A stretch of 64,000 bases of DNA from contig OY970303.1 in assembly GCA_963716255.1 (NCBI GenBank), positions 5,920,001 through 5,984,000 on the forward strand, written 5' to 3'. This DNA is from an uncultured Gemmatimonadales bacterium. GTDB lineage: Bacteria; Gemmatimonadota; Gemmatimonadetes; Longimicrobiales; Longimicrobiaceae. Of the stretch, positions 52,078-60,968 are shown piece by piece. How positions within the stretch are numbered: the stretch's first letter is position 1; each line of letters opens with the position of its first letter. A program made the translations under genes and the position numbers. The notes beneath the pieces are model-generated. The model was not told where the DNA came from. It ran no database searches and saw only the letters and a list, made by a program, of their open reading frames with translations.

Positions 52078-54324
52078 TCACCGCGGCGCGCCGGAGGGAC
52101 GCCCGCGGGCGCGCCGGGCGTCCTGGTGGGCGAGCGCGCGCAGACGCGCCTCGTCCAGCCGGGCGAGGGCGGGCCGCACCGCGGCCGGCGATTCCGGCGG
52201 GGGGAGCAGGCGGGCGATGCGCGCCGCCAGCCGGGCCGGCTCCCCGCCGCCCGGTCCGCCGCCGGGGATGCGCACCACCACCACGTAGCGCGCCCGTTCG
52301 GCGCGGTCGAAGGCCAGCCCGGCGAACCAGCCGTCGTCGGCGGCGCCGTCCGCCGCGACCGTCCCCGTCTTGCCGCCGAGCTGCCACGGCGAGCCCGCCA
52401 TCTCCTCCCCGGCGCCGCGGGCGGTGCCCCGGCGCACGGCGTCCAGCATGGCGCCCTGCAGCCGCCACGCGGTCTCCCGGGCGAACAGGCGCGTCCCCTC
52501 GGGGGCCCGCGCCAGCGCGCCGTCCACCGTGGGGGCGACCCCCACGCCGTCGTTGCCGATGGCCTGGACGAAGCGTGCGACGTGGAGCGGGGTGACCCGC
52601 ACGTCCGCCGCGCCGGTGGCGAAGCCGGCCCAGGCGCCTCGCCCCCCGCCCTCGGCGAGCGCGACACGCACCGGGGCCGGGCTCATGCGCGCCCGGAAGG
52701 CGGGGGATCGCGTCGCCCAGAAGGTGGTGTCGCGGCCGTCCGGACCCGCGCCGTCCCGCGCCACGCCGAACCCGAGGCGGCGGACGCCGGCGAGCACCGC
52801 GTCCGCCCCCGCCGCGTCGCGCAGGCGCAGCGCCATCGCCGCGGCGGCGGTGCTGCACGAGTGCACCAGCATGTCGTGAGGCCCGGCGAGCACCGCCGGC
52901 ATCCCCCGTGGCGCGGTCACGGTGCGGCCGCCCACGTCCAGGCGGGCGGGGCACTCCAGCGGCCCTTCGCCCAGGCCGCGCTCCCACCACAGGGTGGCGA
53001 GCACCAGCTTCCACACGGAGCCGGGGAGGACGGGCTCGGTGAGGCCGCCCGCGCCGTCGCCCACGGCCGAGTACGCGAGCACGGCCCCCGACGTCACCTC
53101 CTGGACCACGGCCGCCGACCCGCGCGGGTAGCCGGCGAGCAGCGCGCCCACCTCCCTCTCCAGCGCGGGGCACACGGTGGAGCCCTCCGCCGGCCCGGGC
53201 ACCTCGCAGGACACCGAGGCAGCGGCCGCGTGCGCGGCGGCCGGCGTCCCGGGCGGCGCGCCGGCGGCCTGCGCCGCCAGGGCACCCGCGATCCCCAGCA
53301 CCAGCAGGGCGGCGCCCAGCCGGGGCGGGGAAGCGTGCCGCGGCGGGCCCGCGAGGCGGAGCACCCGCTCCAGCAGCGAGCCGCCGTCGGCCGCGACGGC
53401 GAGGAGCGCCGGGCCGCGCCGGATCTCCTCCATGGTCGCGAGCGCCGCGACGTACTCGCGGGTGCCCGCCAGCCCGGCGGCCAGGTCGTCGCAGCAGTGC
53501 TCGCGCTCGGCGCGGATCTGCCGGCCCACGTACCACACCGCGGGATGGTAGAAGAGCAGCGTTTCGCAGACGGCCTGGAGGAGGTTGACCAGGAAGTCGT
53601 GGCGCCGCACGTGGGCCAGCTCGTGGAGCACGAGCAGTTCCAGCTGCAGGGGGGTGAGGCCGGTCAGCGCGCTCACCGGGAGCAGGACGACGGGCCGGAT
53701 CCAGCCCACCACGGCGGGGACGCGCACCCGGGTGGAGGCGAGCGCCGCGACGGGCCGGCGGATCCCCAGCGCGCCCACGAGCCGCGCCACGGCATCGTGG
53801 ACCGCCTGCGGGGGCGCGCCGACGCCCACCCGGGTGAGCCGCCGCACGTACAGCCAGGCCGCGGCCAGGCGGAGCGACAGCGCTCCCACGCCCGCCAGCC
53901 ACGCGGCGACCAGCCAGGCCAGGTGGCGCTCCACCCCGCCGCGCGCCCGCGCGAGCGCGGCGCGGACCCCGTCCGCCGGGAGCCGGCGCGGCGAGACGTC
54001 CGCGAGCACCGCGGGCGCGGCGTCCATGGCGCCCCCGGTCCCCGCCGCGCTCGCGGGCGGCGGACGGTCCGCCGAGGCACGCGGGCCGGCCGCCGCCACG
54101 GGCTCCGCCCGCCGCAGCGCGCCGGCCGTGGTGGCGACGCCCGCCGCCAGCATCAGCACGAGCGCGGCACAGGCGAGCGCGTAGCGGTGCGCGGACGGCG
54201 CCGCGCGACCCAGGCGAAGCGCGATGCGCAGGGCGAGCCCCAGGAGCGCGCACTGCCAGAGCGAGTGGACGAGCGCCCAGCCGAGCGCCTGGAGGAGCGC
54301 GCCGCCCGCCGCCACGTCACCCAT
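52078..54324 (-). CDS. BlaR1/MecR1-like sensor: M56 metallopeptidase fused to a penicillin-binding (transpeptidase-like) domain
   Basis: HSLWQ, HELAHVRRHD, FYHPAVW, EREHCCD; C-terminal PGSVWK (SxxK), SCS, KTGT. Confidence 0.85.
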   Translation of the reverse strand: MGDVAAGGALLQALGWALVHSLWQCALLGLALRIALRLGRAAPSAHRYALACAALVLMLAAGVATTAGALRRAEPVAAAGPRASADRPPPASAAGTGGAMDAAPAVLADVSPRRLPADGVRAALARARGGVERHLAWLVAAWLAGVGALSLRLAAAWLYVRRLTRVGVGAPPQAVHDAVARLVGALGIRRPVAALASTRVRVPAVVGWIRPVVLLPVSALTGLTPLQLELLVLHELAHVRRHDFLVNLLQAVCETLLFYHPAVWYVGRQIRAEREHCCDDLAAGLAGTREYVAALATMEEIRRGPALLAVAADGGSLLERVLRLAGPPRHASPPRLGAALLVLGIAGALAAQAAGAPPGTPAAAHAAAASVSCEVPGPAEGSTVCPALEREVGALLAGYPRGSAAVVQEVTSGAVLAYSAVGDGAGGLTEPVLPGSVWKLVLATLWWERGLGEGPLECPARLDVGGRTVTAPRGMPAVLAGPHDMLVHSCSTAAAAMALRLRDAAGADAVLAGVRRLGFGVARDGAGPDGRDTTFWATRSPAFRARMSPAPVRVALAEGGGRGAWAGFATGAADVRVTPLHVARFVQAIGNDGVGVAPTVDGALARAPEGTRLFARETAWRLQGAMLDAVRRGTARGAGEEMAGSPWQLGGKTGTVAADGAADDGWFAGLAFDRAERARYVVVVRIPGGGPGGGEPARLAARIARLLPPPESPAAVRPALARLDEARLRALAHQDARRARGRPSGAPR

Positions 54325-54712
54325 CGGCGTTCTCGCGGCGCTCCAGCTCGGCGAGGATGCCGCGGATGCGGTCCATCTCCTCGCGGCTGGCGGCCCGGGG
54401 CGCCAGCGCCTGCATCACCAGGCTGTGCGTCGATCCGCCGAAGGCGCGGTCCACCAGGTCCGCCACCAGCTGCCGCTGCGTCGCCTCGGGCGGCACGGCG
54501 GCGGCGTACACGTGCGTGCGGCTGCTCTCGTCGCGGATCACCAGCCCCTTGACGTGCATGATCTGGAGGAGCTTGAGGACGGTGGTGTAGCCCGTCTCGC
54601 TCGCGCTCCCCAGGTTCTCGAAGACCTCCCGGACGGTGCTGGGGCCCCGCTCCCACAGCACGCGGAGCAGGCGGAGCTCTCCTTCGGTGGGCAGCGGCGG
54701 CTTGCGCGGCAT
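54317..54712 (-). CDS. blaI: BlaI/MecI/CopY family repressor
   Basis: PTEGELRLLRVLWERGPSTVREV...YTTVLKLLQIMHVKGLV.R...HVY. Confidence 0.9.
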   Translation of the reverse strand: MPRKPPLPTEGELRLLRVLWERGPSTVREVFENLGSASETGYTTVLKLLQIMHVKGLVIRDESSRTHVYAAAVPPEATQRQLVADLVDRAFGGSTHSLVMQALAPRAASREEMDRIRGILAELERRENADG

Positions 54713-54772
54713 GGCGGGCGGTTCCGGTTGGCGGCGGAGCGGCGGCGGGCGCGACCCGCGGCACGCAGTATA

Positions 54773-54891
54773 TACGAAAGGGTTCGTGCGCGGAAGAGTG
54801 TTCGCAACCGGCCGTCGCAGCGATGCGGGAGAAGGCTGTCCGTTGACATTTACGAACGGCTTCGTAACTTGCATCTACGAACGAGTTCGTA
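54773..54891. promoter_or_regulatory. three palindromic operators TACGAA-N4-TTCGTR plus TTGACA -35 box
   Basis: 54773-54788 TACGAAAGGGTTCGTG; 54850-54867 TTACGAACGGCTTCGTAA; 54876-54891 TACGAACGAGTTCGTA; TTGACA 54843-54848. Confidence 0.8.
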
Positions 54892-54930
54892 ATGGTGGCC
54901 TCTCCCGTCTCCAGCCCGAGGAACCCTCGC

Positions 54931-55710
54931 ATGGCCCGACACGCCCCCCTGCTTCTCGCCGCGCTCGCCCTGGCGGGCTGCGCCCCCCGCGCCACCGGGG
55001 CTCCGGCCGCCGAGGTGCGCCTTGCCGACGACGTGTCGGTCCGCCGGATCGCCCCGGGGCTCTGGGTCCACACCACGGTCGGGGAGGTCGGCGGGAGCGC
55101 GGTGCCGGCCAACGGCATGCTGCTGGAGACGGAGGGCGGGAGCCTGCTGGTGGACACCGGGTGGGACGAGCGGCAGGGCCGGGTGCTGATGGACTGGGCC
55201 GCGCGCACGCTCGGGCGGCCGGTGCGGCGCGCCGTGGTCACCCACTCGCACCGGGACCGCACGGGCGGGGCGGCGGCGCTGCGGCGGGCGGGCATTCCCG
55301 TGTCGGGACTCGCGGCCACGGCGCGCCTGGCGGGCGCGGACGCGGGAATCGGCGCCATCGCCGGCCTGGAGTCGGCGCCCGCGGCGGTGGAAGGGGCGGA
55401 GGTGTTCTTTCCCGGCGCCGGCCACACGCCGGACAACGTGGTCGTGTACTTTCCGCGGCAGCGGGTGCTCTTCGGCGGGTGCCTGGTGAAGGCGGACACC
55501 GCGACCACCGTGGGCAACGTGGCGGACGCGGACGTCCCCGGGTGGCCGGGCGCCCTGGCGCGCGTGCGCGACCGCTACCCGGCCATGGCGAGGGTGGTGC
55601 CGGGGCACGGCGCGGTGAGCGGGCCCGGCGCGCTGCGCGTCACCGAGGCGGTGGTCCGCGAGAAGGGGCCCGCCGCGCTAGAAGCGCTCCGGCGGGGGAC
55701 CCGGCGGTGA
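54931..55710 (+). CDS. subclass B1 metallo-beta-lactamase, predicted lipoprotein
   Basis: PANG, VDTGW, THSHRDRTGG, GAGHTPDNVVV, FGGCLVK, GNVADA, VPGHG; lipobox LAGC. Confidence 0.88.
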   Translation: MARHAPLLLAALALAGCAPRATGAPAAEVRLADDVSVRRIAPGLWVHTTVGEVGGSAVPANGMLLETEGGSLLVDTGWDERQGRVLMDWAARTLGRPVRRAVVTHSHRDRTGGAAALRRAGIPVSGLAATARLAGADAGIGAIAGLESAPAAVEGAEVFFPGAGHTPDNVVVYFPRQRVLFGGCLVKADTATTVGNVADADVPGWPGALARVRDRYPAMARVVPGHGAVSGPGALRVTEAVVREKGPAALEALRRGTRR

Positions 55711-56897
55711 GCGCCGGTCGCGCGCTCGCGCGGCGGGCGCGGACAGCGGCCGGGGCGGCGGCGCTGGCGCTGCTCGCCCGGCCGTGCGGCGCTCCGGCGC
55801 AGGCGCTCCCGCCGCTCGCCGGGCTGGACATCGCCGATTCGCTGGCCGCCGCCGAGTTCGCCAGGGACAGCGTCGGGAGCCTCACGGTGGGGGTGGTGGA
55901 CCGCGGCGCGCTGGTGTGGACGCGCAGCTTCGGCTGGGCGGACATGGAGTCGCGCCGCCCGGCGGGGCGGGGCACCGTCTACCGCGTGGGGTCGGTCACC
56001 AAGCCGTTCACGGCGGTGATGCTCCTCCAGCTCGCGGAGGCGGGGCGGGTGCGCCTCGCGGACCCGGTGGAGCGCTGGTACCCGGAGATCCGCACGGTCC
56101 CCGGCCTCCCGCCCGGCGCGGCGCCGCCGACCCTGCTCCAGCTCGCCACCATGAGCTCCGGGCTCGCGGCCGAGCCGGCGCAGCCCGGGCCGTTCTGGAG
56201 CGGCCCCGTGGCCGGCTGGGAAGCCGTGCTCGCGGCGGCGCTCCCGCGCGTCCGCTACGAGTCGGCCCCCGGCACCGTCTTCTCCTACTCCAACGTGGGC
56301 TACGCCGTGCTGGGCGCCGCCCTGGGCCGCGCCGCGGGTCGGCCGTACACCCGCTGGCAGCGGGAGCGCATCCTGGAGCCGCTGGGGATGCGCCGCTCCG
56401 GCTTCGAGCCGGACGCCGGGATGCTGCGCGACCTGGCGCGCGGCTACGTGGTGGAGCGCGACGGCACCCGCGACTCGCTGACCTCGGTGGCGGAGCTGCG
56501 GGACGGGCGCGGCTACAAGGTGCCCACCGGCGGGCTCTTCACCACGGTGGACGACCTGGCGCGCTTCGTCGCCTTCGAGCTGGGCCACGGGCCCGCCGCG
56601 GTCCTCCGCCCGGCCCGCCTGGACAGCGCCTTCGGCGGCATCGTCGCGAGCTCGCGCGGGCTGCGCTCCGGGTACGGGCTGGGGTTCATGGTCCGGCGGC
56701 GCGGCGACTTCACCTGGGTGGGGCACGAGGGCGGCGTGGCCGGCTACATGGCCGCCATGTACTTCGACCGGCGCAGCGGCATCGGCGTCGTCGCCCTGCA
56801 GAGCGCCATCGGGGGCGAGGCGGACGCCATCGAGCTCGCCTCGGTCGTGCTGGAGCGGCTGGTGGCGGCCCGGCAGGCGGCGAATCCCGTCCGGTGA
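55707..56897 (+). CDS. serine hydrolase, beta-lactamase class C/esterase family
   Basis: GSVTK (SxxK), YSN, GHEGG; GTG overlaps MBL stop. Confidence 0.85.
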   Translation: MSAGRALARRARTAAGAAALALLARPCGAPAQALPPLAGLDIADSLAAAEFARDSVGSLTVGVVDRGALVWTRSFGWADMESRRPAGRGTVYRVGSVTKPFTAVMLLQLAEAGRVRLADPVERWYPEIRTVPGLPPGAAPPTLLQLATMSSGLAAEPAQPGPFWSGPVAGWEAVLAAALPRVRYESAPGTVFSYSNVGYAVLGAALGRAAGRPYTRWQRERILEPLGMRRSGFEPDAGMLRDLARGYVVERDGTRDSLTSVAELRDGRGYKVPTGGLFTTVDDLARFVAFELGHGPAAVLRPARLDSAFGGIVASSRGLRSGYGLGFMVRRRGDFTWVGHEGGVAGYMAAMYFDRRSGIGVVALQSAIGGEADAIELASVVLERLVAARQAANPVR

Positions 56898-56914
56898 GTC
56901 CCGGACCCCCACGC

Positions 56915-58024
56915 ATGGCTCGTCCCGCGGGAAGGCTCGCCGCGCTTCTCTCCGTGCTCGCCGTCGGCGCCTGTGCCGCCGCCGCGGCGCCCCGGCACCC
57001 CGCCCTCGCGGGCTTCGACCCCGCGGCCGCGCGCCCCTTCAGCGGCGTCGCCGTGGTCGCGGAGGGGGACGACATCGTCTACTCGCACGCGTCCGGCTTC
57101 GCGGACCGGGAGCGGTCGGTGCCGCTCACGGCGGCGAGCCGCTTCGTGGTGGGGTCCGTCGCCAAGCAGGTGACCGCCGCCCTGGTCCTGCTGCAGGTGG
57201 AGCGGGGGACCCTCGACCTGGACGCCCCCGCCGCCGGCTACCTGCCGCCGGGCGGCGCGCCCCTCGCCCCGGCGGTGAAGGTGCGGCACCTGCTCGCCCA
57301 CACCTCGGGGATCGTGGCGCGCGACCGGCCCCCGGCCACCGTCCCGGGGAGCACGTTCGCGTACTCCAACCTGGGCTACGACCTGCTGGGCGAGATCGTG
57401 GAGCGGGTCACGGGGGAGACGTTCGGTGCGGCCGCGGCGCGCCTGTTCCGCGCGTGCGGGATGTCACGGACGGCGGTCTTCGGAAAGGCGGGCGACCCGG
57501 GGCCGGTGGCGGGCTTCGAGGAGGACGCGGACGGGCGGCTGCTCCCCGTCGAACCAGCGGCCGAGTGGGAGCACGGGCCGTCGGCGGGGATCGTATCCAC
57601 GGCGGGCGACCTGGTCCGCTGGAACCTGTGCCTGCACGGCGGGCGGGTGCTGTCGCCGGCCGGCTACGCGGCCATGACCGCCGCGTCGGCGGCGCGCCCG
57701 CACCGCTGGGGGACGCTCGGCTACGGCTTCGGGCTCCAGCTGTCCTCGGAGGACGGCATCGTGGAGCTGAGCCACGGCGGCTACGTCCCCGGCTTCGTCG
57801 CGACGCTGGCGTACTATCCCGCCTCGGGCAGCACGCTGGTGGTGCTGGAGAACGTCTCGTGGCGCGCCGACGACATGGCCCGCGCCTTCGCGCCGCACGA
57901 CGCGCTGCGGGAGGTCGTCAGGGCCGGGCTGCGCGGGTCGCGGCCGGCGGAGATGCGCCGGGGAGCTGGGGCGCACGTGCCCCAGCGCGTGTGGCAGACC
58001 AGCGACAAAGGCGGCTATCCGTGA
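56915..58024 (+). CDS. serine hydrolase, beta-lactamase class C/esterase family (possible lipoprotein)
   Basis: GSVAK, LLAHTSG, YSN, HGG; VGAC lipobox-like; alternative GTG start 56894. Confidence 0.85.
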   Translation: MARPAGRLAALLSVLAVGACAAAAAPRHPALAGFDPAAARPFSGVAVVAEGDDIVYSHASGFADRERSVPLTAASRFVVGSVAKQVTAALVLLQVERGTLDLDAPAAGYLPPGGAPLAPAVKVRHLLAHTSGIVARDRPPATVPGSTFAYSNLGYDLLGEIVERVTGETFGAAAARLFRACGMSRTAVFGKAGDPGPVAGFEEDADGRLLPVEPAAEWEHGPSAGIVSTAGDLVRWNLCLHGGRVLSPAGYAAMTAASAARPHRWGTLGYGFGLQLSSEDGIVELSHGGYVPGFVATLAYYPASGSTLVVLENVSWRADDMARAFAPHDALREVVRAGLRGSRPAEMRRGAGAHVPQRVWQTSDKGGYP

Positions 58025-58081
58025 TGACGTCAGCTCCACGGAAAAGTAAAAGCCAAAATCACTTGCAAATAGATGTTTCTT

Positions 58082-58098
58082 CCGGCGTGCAAGTTGCT
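58082..58098 (+). promoter_or_regulatory. sigma-54 (-24/-12) promoter
   Basis: CCGGCGTGCAAGTTGCT: GG-N10-GC spacing, upstream of a PEP-CTERM gene. Confidence 0.55.
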
Positions 58099-58172
58099 TG
58101 ACTCCGAATGACGCACTCCGCGCGATCCTCAAGTTCCTTGCACTCTGTCCCATCTCACCCGAGAGAAACTCC

Positions 58173-58859
58173 ATGCGCATCTTCACCCGGGCCGCAGCTG
58201 CCCTCGTCGTGCTCGCGCTCGCTCCACGCATCCTGGCGGCACAGACCACCATCTCGACGGAAAGCCTCGCGAACCGGAGCATCGGGGTCGGCGCGGACAA
58301 CGGAGGGGGCTTCGGGCAGACCTTCCGCACGCCCGATGCGACGGACGTGTACCTGCAAAGCTTCCGGGTCGCCTTCGAGACCAGCTCCCGGACCTGGTTT
58401 CGCGCTTACCTGATGGAGTGGGATTCTGCCAGCAGACAACCCGTGGGTCCGGTGCTGTACGAGAGCCCGGAGGCTGCAACCACCGACGGGGTATCCTTCC
58501 CGGTCGACTACATCGGCTTCGATCTGGGCGGCGTACAGCTTTCGAGCGAGGCCCGGTACCTGTTCTTCGTCAGCATGGGCCCGACGGTGTTCTACCAGAC
58601 GGCGTTCACCTCACCGGTGGACGTGTATGCGGACGGCACCATGGTGATCCGGAGTCCGTTGGACGGCAGCTGGTTCGTGAATTCAGGATGGGACGCCGGC
58701 TTCTCGGCCACGTTCGCACCGGCTGCGACGGTCACGCCTGAGCCGCTGAGCATGGCTCTGCTCGGGACCGGCCTCGCCGGGGTGGGCGCGGCGGCCCGGC
58801 GGAGGCGGCGCAGGGAAGGGGAGCCCGTGGAGGATCCGGCCGGCGACGCGGGAGCGTAG
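58173..58859 (+). CDS. PEP-CTERM sorting domain protein
   Basis: Signal peptide; C-terminal TVTPEPLSMALLGTGLAGVGAAARRRRRR. Confidence 0.88.
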   Translation: MRIFTRAAAALVVLALAPRILAAQTTISTESLANRSIGVGADNGGGFGQTFRTPDATDVYLQSFRVAFETSSRTWFRAYLMEWDSASRQPVGPVLYESPEAATTDGVSFPVDYIGFDLGGVQLSSEARYLFFVSMGPTVFYQTAFTSPVDVYADGTMVIRSPLDGSWFVNSGWDAGFSATFAPAATVTPEPLSMALLGTGLAGVGAAARRRRRREGEPVEDPAGDAGA

Positions 58860-58922
58860 GGGCCGGGCGGTCCCGTCCGACCCGGTCGGCGGGGCGCCGC
58901 ACGGCTCCCGTACCGATCGGCA

Positions 58923-58954
58923 GACGAGGGCCCCGGGATCCCGGGGCCCTCGTC
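58923..58954. terminator. perfect 32-bp palindrome between convergent genes
   Basis: GACGAGGGCCCCGGGATCCCGGGGCCCTCGTC. Confidence 0.55.
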
Positions 58955-58989
58955 CGTGTCGTCTCCCGCAGGGTGGGAAGCGGCGGGCC

Positions 58990-59634
58990 TCACTCCCACT
59001 CCCCACCCTCGCCGAAGGTCTCGTCCATCACCTCCCGGATCGCGTCCCCCCCGAACCCCCGCCGCGCCAGGAAGCCGTAGAAGCGGTTCCGCGCCTTGTT
59101 GCGGTCCTCGCCGGGCTTCCGAGACCACTTGGCCGCCGCCTCGCGCGCCAGCTCCGTTTCCGACACCTCCGCGTCCTCGAAGACCCCGCGGATCGCCTCG
59201 TGCGCCGTGTCCGCGTCCACCCCTTTCGTGCGCAGCTCCTGCGCGAGCCGGCGCACGCCGCGCGGCTTGAAGCGCACCCGGTCGCGCACGAAGGTCGCGG
59301 CGAAGGCCGCGTCGTCCACCATCCCGTTTCCCTCCAGTCCGCTCAGGCACTCTTCCACCACTTCCTCCGGGAACTCCTTTTCCCGCAGCCGGCGGCGCAA
59401 TTCCTGGGCGCTCCGCGGACGGAAGGAAAGGAGCACCAGCGCCGCCTCGCGCGCCTTCCAGAGCCGGTCCTGCCGCTCCAGGTCGGCCAGCTGCGCCTCC
59501 GTCACCTCGTCGCCCACGTGCAGGTGCGCGCCCCAGGCGATCTCCGCGCCCAGCGCCAGGCGGAAGGCGCCGTCCACGTGCACGCTCACGCGGTCGGGGT
59601 GGTGCTTCTGCGGCTCGATGGCGGTGATCTTCAT
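58990..59634 (-). CDS. recX: regulatory protein RecX
   Basis: MKITAIE.Q, LLSFRPRSAQEL, DDAAFA, ELRTKGV, FLARRGF. Confidence 0.9.
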   Translation of the reverse strand: MKITAIEPQKHHPDRVSVHVDGAFRLALGAEIAWGAHLHVGDEVTEAQLADLERQDRLWKAREAALVLLSFRPRSAQELRRRLREKEFPEEVVEECLSGLEGNGMVDDAAFAATFVRDRVRFKPRGVRRLAQELRTKGVDADTAHEAIRGVFEDAEVSETELAREAAAKWSRKPGEDRNKARNRFYGFLARRGFGGDAIREVMDETFGEGGEWE

Positions 59635-59792
59635 GAGCTCCGGAATGGTCGCGGCGGACACGGAAAAACGGGCTTCCTCCATACCCCGCGGGCACCACCG
59701 GCGTGCCCCGGCGCAGCCTTGTCGGGCGGGGAGGGGCGCGTTATCCTACGCGCACCCAACCCGATCCGAACACGCACCGAGGCCGAGCCGTG

Positions 59793-60968
59793 ATGGGCCA
59801 TTCCGCCATGCTCGCCGCACCCGGTCTCGCGGAGCTCCGTGCCCGCGAGTTCCCCTCGCTCGCCGGGGCCGCGTACCTCAACGCCGCCTCCGTCACGCCC
59901 ACGCCCGAGCGGACGCGGCGCGTGCTGGACGCCATGAACCGCCGGCGGGCGCACATCACCGAGTGGGCGGACGACGACTTCACCGCGCCGCTGGACGCCG
60001 CGCGCGCCGCCGCCGCGCGGCTGGTGGGCGCCGGGGAGGACGAGATCGCGCTGGGGTGGAACACCAGCTTCGGCATCAACCTGGCCGCGCAGTGCCTCCC
60101 CATCCCGCCGGGCTCCACGGTGGTGGTGAGCGACCGCGAGTTCCCCGCCAACGTGTACCCGTGGATGGGGCCCGGCTGCCCCGGGCGGCTGGAAACCGTC
60201 CCCGCCCACGCCGCGGGCCGCCCCGACGAGGACCGCCTGCTGGAGCGGCTGGACCGCGGCAACGTGTCCGTGCTTTCCGTCTCCGCCGTGCAGTTCGCCA
60301 CCGGCTGGCGCGCCGACCTCCCCCGGCTGGGGCGCTTCTGCCGCGAGCGGGGGATCTTCTTCGTGGTGGACGCCATCCAGGCGCTGGGGCAGCTCCCGCT
60401 GGACGTGCGCGAGGCGCACGTGGACGTGCTCGCCACCGGCGCGCAGAAGTGGCTGTGCGGCCCCTTCGGCACCGGCTTCGCCTACGTGCGGCGCGAGCTG
60501 CTGCCGCGCATGCAGCCCAGCGTGGTGGGGTGGACCTCGCTGCGGGCCTCCGCCGACTTCGGAAACCTGCTGGACTACCGCTACGACTTCGTGGAGAGCG
60601 CCCGCAAGTTCGAGGTGGCGACCCCCGCCTTCCACGACTTCGCCGGGATGGCCGCCTCGCTGGAGGTGCTGCTGGAGGCCGGCGTCGAGAGTGTCCGGGC
60701 GCACGTGGACGGACTGCTCGACCCGCTGGCCGCGTGGCTGGCCGGGCACCCCGAGTACGAAGTGGTCAGCGACCGGTCCGCCGCGCGGCGCTCCGCCATC
60801 TTCTGCTTCCGCCCGCCGCGGCCGGAGGCCACGTTCGCGGCGCTCGCGGCGGCCGGCGTGGTGTGCGTGCTGCGCGAGGGCGCCCTGCGGCTCTCCCCGC
60901 ACCTGTACAACGCCGCGGACGACCTGGCGCGCGTGCTGGAGGTGCTGGACGGCGAGGTGGCGCGGTGA
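59793..60968 (+). CDS. class V PLP-dependent aminotransferase / cysteine-desulfurase-like enzyme
   Basis: YLNAAS, EFPAN, VDAIQALG, GAQKWLCGP, RLSPHLYN. Confidence 0.85.
   Translation: MGHSAMLAAPGLAELRAREFPSLAGAAYLNAASVTPTPERTRRVLDAMNRRRAHITEWADDDFTAPLDAARAAAARLVGAGEDEIALGWNTSFGINLAAQCLPIPPGSTVVVSDREFPANVYPWMGPGCPGRLETVPAHAAGRPDEDRLLERLDRGNVSVLSVSAVQFATGWRADLPRLGRFCRERGIFFVVDAIQALGQLPLDVREAHVDVLATGAQKWLCGPFGTGFAYVRRELLPRMQPSVVGWTSLRASADFGNLLDYRYDFVESARKFEVATPAFHDFAGMAASLEVLLEAGVESVRAHVDGLLDPLAAWLAGHPEYEVVSDRSAARRSAIFCFRPPRPEATFAALAAAGVVCVLREGALRLSPHLYNAADDLARVLEVLDGEVAR

Noticed and set aside
59793..60968. Isopenicillin-N epimerase / beta-lactam biosynthesis link for the class V PLP enzyme
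   Set aside because: Generic class V motifs only, separated from the bla locus, and no biosynthetic genes nearby.
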